Shown here: one piece after another, positions 44,282-52,993 of the stretch
How the letters are laid out: each line of letters starts with the position of its first letter
How positions within the stretch are numbered: the stretch's first letter is position 1
Virus record (IMG/VR): IMGVR_UViG_3300034782_000053
Direction: 5' to 3' (one strand)
From: a virus
DNA: 59,598 nucleotides
Made by a program: the position numbers and the translations under genes
The notes under the pieces: model-generated
What the model was told of the DNA's origin: nothing
Database searches by the model: none
What the model saw: the letters and a program-made list of their open reading frames with translations, nothing else

Positions 44282-45211
44282 TCAGCCTTCCACCAGAACG
44301 AAATCCTTTTCTTCTTTGGCCCCCAGAAGCTGAGCAAGCGAATAGAGACCCAGCGGCGTGAGAGCCGCCACTGTCATCGCTGCATATGCTCCCACTAACC
44401 CCCATGGAAGACTCCCTCCTATTTTTTGGCCTGCCCAAAAACCTAAAACTGGGCTCGAAACAATAAACATTGTCAGGTATTTTCCACCAAACGCCGCCTC
44501 CATCGCGAAGGCAGCGGCTTTTACATAAACACGAAGAGGCCAGAGAGCCCTCCCGGTCAATCTATTCTGTGACCAGGTGATCATGGCCTTTGCCAGCTTG
44601 TAACGACCGTAGGTCAGAACATGCACCGGCTCTTCTATCGGCGGCATGTCCCGCAGAGTCTTCCTCACCTTGTACTCGGCAAGCAGAGAGTCGCGCTGAC
44701 CAAAAACAAATCGAGCCTGAACGAGGCAATAGGGAGCACTGCAGGTCTTGAGGCGCCATGATTCAGCAATCGCCTTGTTGAGCGAATCTGTTAGCTCCTC
44801 GTCAGACATCTGCTTGACCACGGATGGTTTCTCCGGGATCGGAACAATGCTTTCGACCGGGAGAGGCGTGTCTTCGTCATCCAGGTCTGCCCCAAGAACA
44901 TCCTGAGGACCACTGTTAAAGGAATTAATACGATGAGAGTAAGCAGCCGGGCTCTCTTCCATCGTCCGCATGGTCCAGGTGTATGACCGTGGGAAGGGCT
45001 TCACTCGCCCACCACCGATAGGAATCGAGTAGTTACGGTTAACGCGGATTTCGCCGTTGAGGCAGACCCGATGTTCCCCCTCAGGTTGTATTGGGCGAGC
45101 TGACCATACGCCGGCAAAGCGTGGAACGATTCCACTTGCGGCATAAACCTTTGAGCCGTTCTTGCTCTTACGAACACGCACATAAGGCGCCTTTTGAATT
45201 CCGTAGCTCAT
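44282..45211 (-). CDS. membrane protein with C-terminal 2-TM region (MSYGIQKAPY...), 309 aa
   Basis: ATG 45211 in a TGATG overlap. C-terminal FIVSSPVLGFWAGQKIGGSLPWGLVGAYAAMTVAALTPLGLYSLAQLLGAKEEKD. Confidence 0.7.
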   Translation of the reverse strand: MSYGIQKAPYVRVRKSKNGSKVYAASGIVPRFAGVWSARPIQPEGEHRVCLNGEIRVNRNYSIPIGGGRVKPFPRSYTWTMRTMEESPAAYSHRINSFNSGPQDVLGADLDDEDTPLPVESIVPIPEKPSVVKQMSDEELTDSLNKAIAESWRLKTCSAPYCLVQARFVFGQRDSLLAEYKVRKTLRDMPPIEEPVHVLTYGRYKLAKAMITWSQNRLTGRALWPLRVYVKAAAFAMEAAFGGKYLTMFIVSSPVLGFWAGQKIGGSLPWGLVGAYAAMTVAALTPLGLYSLAQLLGAKEEKDFVLVEG

Positions 45212-45771
45212 CAAGTCTCCGGAAGCATGGATGCAAGCATGCAGGGGACGACGACGCCTACTGCATAACCGACGGCTCCATAACCCAAAAGCCTCTTCCC
45301 GAACCCTTCTCTGTGATAGTCAATGGCAACTCCAATGAGAGCGCAAAAGAGAGGCATCGCGCGAAAAAACCAATGCCCCCCTCTTATTACCCCTGGGATC
45401 GCCTGTCCGACCATACAGGTTGCCGCTGTCGCAACTCTTCTGTTAGGAACAATTCCGTAAAACCATCCCCTAATCTGCCTTGTTCGGTCCAGGACATCTG
45501 CGCGTAGTGCAGGAGCCGTATCTGGAGGACAGCAAAAAGCTGTTTGCTCGAAATAGCTCGTTGTTGTTCCAGCCGCTCCTCTCATTGTCATGGTTGCAGT
45601 AAAGGGTCCTAGGTTTCTACAGCCTTCTTCCCCATAGCGAGAAATGCTTCTTTCGTCCCTGGCCCACTGAAGCAGCTCTCCCTCTTCGCACTCTGCCTCT
45701 GTGGATGGCGGTGCATCAGGCGCCTCATCAGTCCCGAGAGAAAACAGCGATCCTGGCCCGTAGTAGCTCAT
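45211..45771 (-). CDS. MSYYGP-subfamily membrane protein (186 aa)
   Basis: Internal ATG 45771 (TGATG overlap). MSYYGPGSLFSLGTDEAP... C-terminal TM region. Confidence 0.7.
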   Translation of the reverse strand: MSYYGPGSLFSLGTDEAPDAPPSTEAECEEGELLQWARDERSISRYGEEGCRNLGPFTATMTMRGAAGTTTSYFEQTAFCCPPDTAPALRADVLDRTRQIRGWFYGIVPNRRVATAATCMVGQAIPGVIRGGHWFFRAMPLFCALIGVAIDYHREGFGKRLLGYGAVGYAVGVVVPCMLASMLPET

Positions 45772-46316
45772 CAAAAAGAAGGCCTCCTCCCGGTGACACC
45801 CTCGCGAGCAGCCATAGCTCCTCCCAGAAGAAGCATTGGAACAAATGGAGAAAGTACGCCAATGGCAACCCCGCCACCCACCGCAGCAGCAACGCGCACC
45901 TTGTTTTCCGGCCACTTCTTGTAAGCCCAGTAGCCTCCCACTCCTCCGAGGACAAAAGGAAGCACAGCAATGACCCAGTCGAATGTCATAGGTCTTTGAC
46001 CATGCGTGACAGGTTCTGGACGATCGAACGTCTGATAAACAGCAGTGCAGTATGGGCCAGCGATCCACCAGTTATCGCATGGCCTTCTGTCATGAGGCTC
46101 TTGCACTGGCTCCCACCCAGGAGCCATCGCCGACTCCTCCGTTCCGAGAGCTGGTGACCGCCACAAGCGCTGCCTTCGCATCCCCGAGGCCCTTCTGGCA
46201 ACGGGCGATCGCTGCATCGGCGCACGAATCTTCGGGTGAAGCGAAAAAATTCTGGTCGGAATCTCTTCGGGCGGCTCTTCTGGCTGCCCCATCCCATATG
46301 GTCCGTAGTAGCTCAT
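45771..46316 (-). CDS. MSYYGP-subfamily membrane protein (181 aa)
   Basis: Internal ATG 46316 adjacent to the upstream stop. MSYYGPYGMGQPEEPPEE... C-terminal LPFVLGGVGGYWAYKKW...AAAVGGGVAIGVLSPFVPMLLLGGA. Confidence 0.7.
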   Translation of the reverse strand: MSYYGPYGMGQPEEPPEEIPTRIFSLHPKIRAPMQRSPVARRASGMRRQRLWRSPALGTEESAMAPGWEPVQEPHDRRPCDNWWIAGPYCTAVYQTFDRPEPVTHGQRPMTFDWVIAVLPFVLGGVGGYWAYKKWPENKVRVAAAVGGGVAIGVLSPFVPMLLLGGAMAAREGVTGRRPSF

Positions 46317-47041
46317 CGTCCGCGCTTGGCCAGCATCTTTCCGATCACGAAACCACCAGCGACCCCGAGCCCCAGAGAGAGAAGCGGCCACTTGCGAACG
46401 GTCTCGCGCGTCTCCTGAACAGCCGGCTCGACAACCGGAGCTGCTCCTGCCTCGATTTCTCGAAGGACGGGTCCGACCTCGGCCTCGACATCTCGGATGA
46501 CAGGCGTCATCGTGATCGCGATATCGCTCCCGACGACCCCCAGCTCCTTACGAAGCGCTACATAGAGCGCCTGAGCCTCATCAGAAAGCTCCATCGCAAC
46601 CGGCTGAACTCCGGATTGAACATCGCTTCCTATCTGTCTGGCCTCGACGTAAAACATCTGAGCTTCTTGAGCCAAAAGACCGTTTCCGTTTCCGTTTCCG
46701 TTTGCCATCGGGTCTTCCTCCTGTCCCATTGGCATGAAGTCAACACGCCAGTCATCCGGCATCGCGTAGGGCGGACAGCAATACGCTTCACCAGGCTCCA
46801 ACGTGTCGCACTTTTGACGCACGCTGATAGGCGCGGGGATGTGCTTCATGGCAAGCAGCCGGTCTGGATATCGACACAACTGCGTCAAATCTGGACGAGC
46901 CAGATGATCGAACCTGTTGGCATGCGCTACAGGCTGATCACAAATTTCTAGATGCGGCTCGTCCCAGGCAAAGATGCCAGGATCGAGAATCAGAGTGCCC
47001 TTATCCCAGGTGTAGAACCTGTTGTAGTTATCGTGCGCCAT
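46313..47041 (-). CDS. tail-anchored membrane protein (MAHDNYNRFY...), 242 aa
   Basis: ATG 47041 (TGATG overlap). MANGNGNGNGLLAQEAQMFYVEA coiled segment. C-terminal KWPLLSLGLGVAGGFVIGKMLAKRGR. Confidence 0.7.
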   Translation of the reverse strand: MAHDNYNRFYTWDKGTLILDPGIFAWDEPHLEICDQPVAHANRFDHLARPDLTQLCRYPDRLLAMKHIPAPISVRQKCDTLEPGEAYCCPPYAMPDDWRVDFMPMGQEEDPMANGNGNGNGLLAQEAQMFYVEARQIGSDVQSGVQPVAMELSDEAQALYVALRKELGVVGSDIAITMTPVIRDVEAEVGPVLREIEAGAAPVVEPAVQETRETVRKWPLLSLGLGVAGGFVIGKMLAKRGR

Positions 47042-47424
47042 CACATACCCCAGTATTCGTGGGCCTGCTCTTCCATCAGGTCCAACCGCTCGTAGTAGTC
47101 TGGAAATTCATTGAGGTGCGCCCAGGCAATCTTCCCCGTAATGAGAAGGTCGTCTCCGGTCACGTCCGTTCTCGGATCGGCGCCCCCATGCTCCATCTCG
47201 ACAATGATTCCACGGGCGAATTGATCGACAGAAAACGGAGCGGTTCGCCAATCTATACCAATCGCCTCGCCTACTCGCCGAGCGACCTTGCGGGTTGCGC
47301 GACGGCGATTTGCCTCGGGACTGGTGTCCTTAATGATATTCCATAGCAGCAAAACACCGCCGCCCATGATTATCAGGGCTGCAACGAACCTGCCCGTCTC
47401 ATCACTGCCGTTACCGTTATTCAT
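47041..47424 (-). CDS. N-terminally anchored small membrane protein (MNNGNGSDETGRFVAALIIMGGGVLLLW), 127 aa
   Basis: ATG 47424 (TGATG overlap). Confidence 0.7.
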   Translation of the reverse strand: MNNGNGSDETGRFVAALIIMGGGVLLLWNIIKDTSPEANRRRATRKVARRVGEAIGIDWRTAPFSVDQFARGIIVEMEHGGADPRTDVTGDDLLITGKIAWAHLNEFPDYYERLDLMEEQAHEYWGM

Positions 47425-47912
47425 CAAGCAGCTCCGAGCGCCTCGCTGAACTCGCGTCCGAGACGGCGCTTGTAGGCAGCCTTATACGAAGCGCTCCTCT
47501 TGTAGGCGCGCTGATACACCTTGTTCAGGTAGGCGACGGCCTTGTAGATGCTTCCCGTCAGCGTCCCTCTCGAAAGGATGAACTCGGGCAGGTCGCTTGT
47601 GACTCGAATACGGTCGTACCTTTCGGGTGGAAAGGCACGGAACGACCGCCCAGTACCTCTGACGATGGTCCCGATGAGATCCTCTGACTTTCCGGTGGGC
47701 CGCATCGCGTAGACAGCGTACATGCCCTCTGGAAGGCCGTCTTTGCGAACCATGAGGAGGTTCCCATCGATCTCGAAGATCTGACCGCCAGGGTTCGAGG
47801 TCATGCGCCGCTTCTGGAGCAGCGTCATGCCGACAAAGCCCAACACCAGGCCACCGGCTGCATACATCCAGCCGTTGCTGCAATTCCCATTGGCGCAATT
47901 CTCGATGTTCAT
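47424..47912 (-). CDS. N-terminally anchored membrane protein with basic Tyr/Lys-rich C-terminus, 162 aa
   Basis: ATG 47912 with AGGAGA SD. MNIENCANGNCSNGWMYAAGGLVLGFVGMTLL. Confidence 0.65.
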   Translation of the reverse strand: MNIENCANGNCSNGWMYAAGGLVLGFVGMTLLQKRRMTSNPGGQIFEIDGNLLMVRKDGLPEGMYAVYAMRPTGKSEDLIGTIVRGTGRSFRAFPPERYDRIRVTSDLPEFILSRGTLTGSIYKAVAYLNKVYQRAYKRSASYKAAYKRRLGREFSEALGAA

Positions 47913-47920
47913 AACATCTC

Positions 47921-49204
47921 CTACTCTTTGCCCCACACCTCAGCATGGTGCTCGCTTTTTACCATCCCGACCTGGCCCTGCGGACCCACCATGGCGAAGC
48001 GATATGTCCTCTTGGTGCTCATCATTGGGAGCAACTTTTTTTGCTCCGTGGTGAGTTGAGTGCTCTTCCTGAGTTTTTTGATGTCGGGTCGCTCCACAAT
48101 GCGACGCTTTCTTCGCACCTCAGGCCTGTGCCCCCGTCCTGCAATAACACGCTCGGCGCCCTTCTCGATTCGCTGAAAAGATGTTCTTTTTTCACTCGTC
48201 GCGACTGCGTAGATCAGATTTCGCCCTGCGAGCTGAAGGCCGTACCGAACGATCTCTTTTTCTGGGATACCAGTGTCTGCCTTAACTTCGGCCGGAGACC
48301 GCTCTTTGTAGTGCTTCATCCGCCAGAACTGCTCGACACGGCGAGCGCGCTGTCCCTTTTTCTTAGGCAGCGTCTTGTACTTCGGCGGCACAAAACGTCG
48401 TTTCTTCCCCTTGACGAAGGAGCGAGCCAGATAGCCCATGAGCTGGTGCGCGACATAGACGGAAGTGACCGCACGCTTGCGAGTCGTTCCGATTTCAAGC
48501 TGCAGCTTTTTCTTGCCGACCCAGAAGTAAGCGTCATAAGCACGACCGCGGCGCTCGATGACACCAGCCCGGTCATCGCCAACCCAAACGATGAACCGAT
48601 TTTCCCCTGCGCCTACAGTGGGTTCGACTTCTATATTCTTGACCCAGCTCGGAACTGCGACCTCGACAGTCGTTGGTTCGGGGAGGGGCTCGGGCAGACC
48701 TGCCCACCGGCGATAAACAGCGGCGGCTGCCTTCTTCGCGCTGGAAAAATCCTCCATAAAGGGATCGATCTGGCTCCCCTCATAGGCTGCCCAATCCCCC
48801 GACTCGGTGCGCGTAACTGTTCCGATAAATCGCCTGTCAGCCGAGACGTTTCCTTCTTGGTGAGGTACTTCCCATTCAATTTTAAAAGGCTCTTTTGGGG
48901 CTTTCTCCTGCTGCCAAAATTCAAATACAGACTGAGCAGCTTGTTCCGCCCTCATCGCCTCAACGGACTGCATGGGCTGGTCCTTGAAGTTGTAGGGCAT
49001 CCAGCCGCTGACATAGGTGTCAAGAATGGATCCGATCTTCTCGTCACCCACCCAGACATTGGATTCAGCCTTTGACGGCTCTCCATCGTCATCGAGCCAA
49101 TCGAGACGCCATTCCGGATTTCGTCTTGGGGACGAATCAAAAAGTAGCTTCCCAAAAAGCCAACCACCGGCTACACCGGCAGCTATGTACACGAGGCCTC
49201 GCAT
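47921..49204 (-). CDS. N-terminally anchored protein (427 aa) with highly basic C-terminal third
   Basis: ATG 49204 (TGATG overlap). MRGLVYIAAGVAGGWLFGKLLF. C-terminal KKRRFVPPKYKTLPKKKGQRARR...RRKRRIVERPDIKKLRK. Confidence 0.75.
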   Translation of the reverse strand: MRGLVYIAAGVAGGWLFGKLLFDSSPRRNPEWRLDWLDDDGEPSKAESNVWVGDEKIGSILDTYVSGWMPYNFKDQPMQSVEAMRAEQAAQSVFEFWQQEKAPKEPFKIEWEVPHQEGNVSADRRFIGTVTRTESGDWAAYEGSQIDPFMEDFSSAKKAAAAVYRRWAGLPEPLPEPTTVEVAVPSWVKNIEVEPTVGAGENRFIVWVGDDRAGVIERRGRAYDAYFWVGKKKLQLEIGTTRKRAVTSVYVAHQLMGYLARSFVKGKKRRFVPPKYKTLPKKKGQRARRVEQFWRMKHYKERSPAEVKADTGIPEKEIVRYGLQLAGRNLIYAVATSEKRTSFQRIEKGAERVIAGRGHRPEVRRKRRIVERPDIKKLRKSTQLTTEQKKLLPMMSTKRTYRFAMVGPQGQVGMVKSEHHAEVWGKE

Positions 49205-49947
49205 CACTCCTCGGACTGGCTCCTCTTCTTTATGACGCCAGCAACTAGGCCAACCGCCACCGCGCCACCCGCAAACAACAACAGAGCCCCATACCTTTGA
49301 AAGAAGCCGTATTCGGGTTCAGCAGACTCGATGAGGATCTGTTCACGCTCGGCTATCCGCGCTTCTCTTTCAGCCAAATTAGCCGCCTGCTGCTCAGGGG
49401 TGAGTTCCGCATGGACGAAACGAGGACCCTCAGCAAGGCGAAATTCTACAGGACCGGGCTCTCTTCGCTTGCAGCAGATGAGCTGATGCGGACCTTCGAT
49501 AACACCGGTTTCATGGCAAGTTGTTGGAACATAGGCAATCTTCGGTGCCCACTTTGGATCGCTAGGATGCTCCTCGCCGGTTCGTGTCATAACAATAGGT
49601 CTGCAAAGACCCATTTCATTGAACCGGGTCGCCTCCTCCTCGGTCATTGGACGATGTTCTGGTAGGTCTTCGAGCGCGCAGCACCACGTCGCAACGCGAT
49701 TATAGCCAGGCTTTCCCGCCTCAAGAATTTCACCTGTGAAAAAGCAAGAGTCTTTATCGACCTTGCCACGGCCTGTTGGGTCCTGCGGACGAGGGGGTGG
49801 TTCTGTCGTCGAGTAAGAGAAGTACTCGCGGTGCTTCCACTTTGGACAGGTCTTTGTCCTCTCGACGAGAGGTTTCCCAGCATTTTTTTCCTGCCACATG
49901 ATATCGGGGCCAAGAATGCCGAGACCTGTCATGTACTCGTAGGACAT
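49204..49947 (-). CDS. MYEY-family tail-anchored membrane protein, Cys-rich domain (247 aa); paralog of 52199..52984
   Basis: ATG 49947 gives MSYEYMTGLG. C-terminal YGFFQRYGALLLFAGGAVAVGLVAGVIKKRSQSEE. Confidence 0.8.
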   Translation of the reverse strand: MSYEYMTGLGILGPDIMWQEKNAGKPLVERTKTCPKWKHREYFSYSTTEPPPRPQDPTGRGKVDKDSCFFTGEILEAGKPGYNRVATWCCALEDLPEHRPMTEEEATRFNEMGLCRPIVMTRTGEEHPSDPKWAPKIAYVPTTCHETGVIEGPHQLICCKRREPGPVEFRLAEGPRFVHAELTPEQQAANLAEREARIAEREQILIESAEPEYGFFQRYGALLLFAGGAVAVGLVAGVIKKRSQSEE

Positions 49948-49950
49948 CAC

Positions 49951-50475
49951 CTACCTCGTTTTCCAGTACCAGACCGCCCCACCGATACCGAGACCCAAAA
50001 CTCCCAGCACCGCGACGGCTCCCCATGGGAAGCCGCCCGGCTGCTCAGCGGGCAGTGCCTCTTCTGCTGGCGCAGCAGTTTCAGCAGTTTCCTGCGGAGT
50101 GACCTCAAGCTCAGTCGGCATCATCAAGGTCATCTGTTGAATGGCCTGCGGGCAGCAGTACCAGGACATCCCATCTTCCATGCACTGAAGGGAGCATCCT
50201 CTTTCGCGCATTTCGTTTTCAAGAGCGAGCGCGGCCACCGCATCGCTGTAGTCGGGTCGAACGCCTTCTCGAACTGTGCCATCGGGGCAACCTACCCCGC
50301 TGCATGCTTGTTCGCGAATAGCCGCTATCCTCTCCTGGCGACCTTCACGAAGACGACGAAAAGCTGCCACGCCATTCGACGATGTCGTCTCAGTTGCTTG
50401 CTTGAGAAAAGCCGGTCCAAAGAAAGCAGAAATCGTCTCACCCGCACCCATCCCCGTCATGTACTCATACGCCAT
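49951..50475 (-). CDS. MYEY-family tail-anchored membrane protein (174 aa)
   Basis: MAYEYMTGMG... C-terminal GGFPWGAVAVLGVLGLGIGGAVWYWKTR. Confidence 0.8.
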   Translation of the reverse strand: MAYEYMTGMGAGETISAFFGPAFLKQATETTSSNGVAAFRRLREGRQERIAAIREQACSGVGCPDGTVREGVRPDYSDAVAALALENEMRERGCSLQCMEDGMSWYCCPQAIQQMTLMMPTELEVTPQETAETAAPAEEALPAEQPGGFPWGAVAVLGVLGLGIGGAVWYWKTR

Positions 50476-50980
50476 GGCTTACCCTCGTTACGGTCTTGCC
50501 GAGGAACGGAATGTCCTCTCCAGCCTGGACCCGTTTCTTCCAACTCCACACGACCAAGGCGAGCGCCGCGAGAACACCAACAACAAGGATGACGCCGATG
50601 GTCCTTCGCCTCGACTGATACTGATCGCTCTCAGTCCACTGTTGAAAAACCTGCTCGACACGCTCTGGGTTGCAACACCAGACGTCCGTGTAGTCGCGGA
50701 TTGCTCTAGCGCCAAACGGTCTTTCTTCGTCTGGATCGCTCCACTCGACGCCAGCTCGAACAGCCTGCGTACCGAGGTCTACACAACCGGCGCGGCCGTA
50801 CAGCTCGGCGTCCATCCAGTCCATCTGAGCGAAACGCTGTCCACCCTCGGTCTCGGGACATGGTCGGCCGGTCGCTCGTCTGAAAGCGCCTCGTCCTGCG
50901 CCAATCCTGCTGTACAGCTCGCGATAGGCATAGGACTCGGGGTCCAAGTCGGCCAAGGCCGTTGTGTACTCGTATGCCAT
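50465..50980 (-). CDS. MYEY-family tail-anchored membrane protein (171 aa)
   Basis: Internal ATG 50980 (TGATG overlap). MAYEYTTALADLD... C-terminal TIGVILVVGVLAALALVVWSWKKR. Confidence 0.75.
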   Translation of the reverse strand: MAYEYTTALADLDPESYAYRELYSRIGAGRGAFRRATGRPCPETEGGQRFAQMDWMDAELYGRAGCVDLGTQAVRAGVEWSDPDEERPFGARAIRDYTDVWCCNPERVEQVFQQWTESDQYQSRRRTIGVILVVGVLAALALVVWSWKKRVQAGEDIPFLGKTVTRVSHGV

Positions 50981-51291
50981 CAGGACTCCAACGCCCACCG
51001 ACGCATCATCTCGTTGATGCGACGCTTCCCGCTCTCTGTGAAAACAAGCTTGTAGACCGCGATACCGCCAACAATGACAGCACCCAGCATCGCGACACCG
51101 TACCAATTGACCGTCAGAACACCAGGGAGGACGCGCACGGACGTATCGCCAACCTCGATCTCTCGCGAGCCGACGTAGTGCTGCGTCGTTCCGGGAGTCG
51201 CCAACATCTCAGCGACAAGAGCGTCACGCTCTTCCGGAGTGTCCGTCCTCACGACACCCAGAGGCGCCGCTGATGTCCTGACGTAGGCCAT
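50980..51291 (-). CDS. small tail-anchored membrane protein (MAYVRTSAAPLG...), 103 aa
   Basis: Internal ATG 51291. C-terminal VNWYGVAMLGAVIVGGIAVYKLVF. The ORF-track N-terminal Arg/Ser-rich stretch is probably non-coding. Confidence 0.6.
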   Translation of the reverse strand: MAYVRTSAAPLGVVRTDTPEERDALVAEMLATPGTTQHYVGSREIEVGDTSVRVLPGVLTVNWYGVAMLGAVIVGGIAVYKLVFTESGKRRINEMMRRWALES

Positions 51292-51295
51292 CACC

Positions 51296-52177
51296 TCACC
51301 AGCAGTTCTTGCAGGGAGTCTTGTTTCGGCGCGGGACCTCGACCATTGTCTCAGCCGGAACAGTCTTGGCCTTGCCCAGCCTCTCCACCGCCTTCTTTTC
51401 CTGACGGTTTCTCCACGCCTTGGCCGCGACAGCACCGCCAACGACGCCGCCGAGGATCCAAAACCAGTTATTCTTGATCCCTGCCCAAAGCGGGTGGTCG
51501 AGCCCGAGCATCGCGTTCGACGGAACACCCTTCCACTGAGTCGACTTCGCGAAGGCGAAAAGCTCAGCGGGAACAGGGAGCGCAGTCGGAGTGGCACCAG
51601 CCTCAGCGTTCTGGACGATGAAGGCAGCAAAGCCCGCTCGATCGACCTCAGCCCACCAACGAAGGAATGGTTCCATATCAGCGAGGGCCGGCATCGTCGT
51701 TCCAGCGGCGACAAGCGCCCGGACACGATTCATCGAGGCGACGTAGAGGTTGTACAGCTCCTGCTTGAACCGAAGAGTGTTTCCTTCGAGCCATTCGGGG
51801 AGCACAACGCCCTCGGCCATGAACAAGTCTTTGGACAGCTTCAGGGCCATGATTTTCATGAACCAGTCCATGTAGCCCTGGTCATAGGCCATGAGCCACT
51901 GAACGAACTCCATGCCGCTGGGCGAATCCTTGTCCAGGTAGACGAAGGGTCCCTTCTCGGCCTTCAGCTCGTCGACGAACACCGTCAGCTCCGGAGAAAC
52001 CATCCCACCTGAAGGAAGGGATTCAGGGGGGCCAAGGATAATCCCCGGGTCAGGACCAACCGAAGTGGGTGCGCCCAAAATGATCCCCGAATCAGGCGGC
52101 ACTGGAACTCCAGGGCCAAGTTGTATCCCGCTGTCCGTGAATGCCTGAGTCCCCATTCCTGTCATGTACTCGTACAT
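51296..52177 (-). CDS. MYEY-family tail-anchored membrane protein (293 aa)
   Basis: MYEYMTGMGTQAF... Pro/Gly-rich repeats (GIILGAPTSVGPDPGIILGPPES). C-terminal NNWFWILGGVVGGAVAAKAWRNRQEKK. Confidence 0.8.
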   Translation of the reverse strand: MYEYMTGMGTQAFTDSGIQLGPGVPVPPDSGIILGAPTSVGPDPGIILGPPESLPSGGMVSPELTVFVDELKAEKGPFVYLDKDSPSGMEFVQWLMAYDQGYMDWFMKIMALKLSKDLFMAEGVVLPEWLEGNTLRFKQELYNLYVASMNRVRALVAAGTTMPALADMEPFLRWWAEVDRAGFAAFIVQNAEAGATPTALPVPAELFAFAKSTQWKGVPSNAMLGLDHPLWAGIKNNWFWILGGVVGGAVAAKAWRNRQEKKAVERLGKAKTVPAETMVEVPRRNKTPCKNCW

Positions 52178-52198
52178 ATCTCTCTCCTGATCCCCGGT

Positions 52199-52984
52199 TT
52201 ATTCTTCGTCCTTCTTCGCCTTGGCCCTCTTGACGAGCCCGGCTGTGATTCCGATTCCCAATGCTCCAACGCCGAGGAGCAGGAAAACGCCGTATCGTTG
52301 AAAGAACCCGTACTGAGGCTCTGCCGTTTCTGCGAGCATCCTCTCTGTCTCAGCGATTCGCGCCTCTCGCTCCTGAGCCTGCTGCTCAATCATCTCGGCG
52401 CTGGGCGCCGCGAACTGAATGCCGTTTTCCGGCATTACGAAACGGACTTTTCCAGGCTCTTTCCGCTTACAGCAGATGAGCCTGTAATCGCCGTCATAGA
52501 CCGATGTCGTGTGGCAGGTGTTCGGAATATAGGCATCCTTGTCGCGCCACTCTGGGTCACTCGGGTACTCCTCGCCCGTTGTCGGCATCGTGATGGGGTT
52601 GCAAACCCCCAGCGATAGATAACGATCAGCCTCTTCAGCCGTCAGCGTTCGCTTGGGAGCATAGGTGTGCTTTGGGCAGCACCATTCTTCTCGACGAGAG
52701 CCACCAGGCGCTCTTGCTTCTTGGATACGTCCCGTCTTGTAGCAGGCTGTATCCGGAACCATTTCGCCCCGGTGCGCATACTTTGGAGGCCCCAAATTTG
52801 GCGGAAGATGGCTGCGCTCGTTTGAACTCGGACAGGAACGCGTTTCCGACGTGATCCACTTTCCCGCGTTCTCACGACTCCACGGCTGATCTGGGCCGAA
52901 GAATTCAGCGCCCATGCCCTGATCCTCGCCATCCGTCGGACAACGAGTCACGTTATAGTAGGGCGAGATGAACACGTAAGACAT
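52199..52984 (-). CDS. tail-anchored membrane protein, Cys-rich domain (261 aa); paralog of 49204..49947
   Basis: MSYVFISPYYNV...GEEYPSDPEWRDKDAYIPNTCHTTSVYDGDYRLICCKRKEPG... C-terminal YGFFQRYGVFLLLGVGALGIGITAGLVKRAKAKKDEE. Confidence 0.8.
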   Translation of the reverse strand: MSYVFISPYYNVTRCPTDGEDQGMGAEFFGPDQPWSRENAGKWITSETRSCPSSNERSHLPPNLGPPKYAHRGEMVPDTACYKTGRIQEARAPGGSRREEWCCPKHTYAPKRTLTAEEADRYLSLGVCNPITMPTTGEEYPSDPEWRDKDAYIPNTCHTTSVYDGDYRLICCKRKEPGKVRFVMPENGIQFAAPSAEMIEQQAQEREARIAETERMLAETAEPQYGFFQRYGVFLLLGVGALGIGITAGLVKRAKAKKDEE

Positions 52985-52993
52985 GCCGTCCCC

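Noticed and set aside
52160-52180. Inverted repeat ATGTAC-GA-GTACAT spanning the MYEY start codons as an RNA hairpin regulating translation
   Set aside because: 6-bp stem with a 2-nt loop is sterically too tight. More simply explained by Tyr-Glu-Tyr codon choice (TAC GAG TAC).
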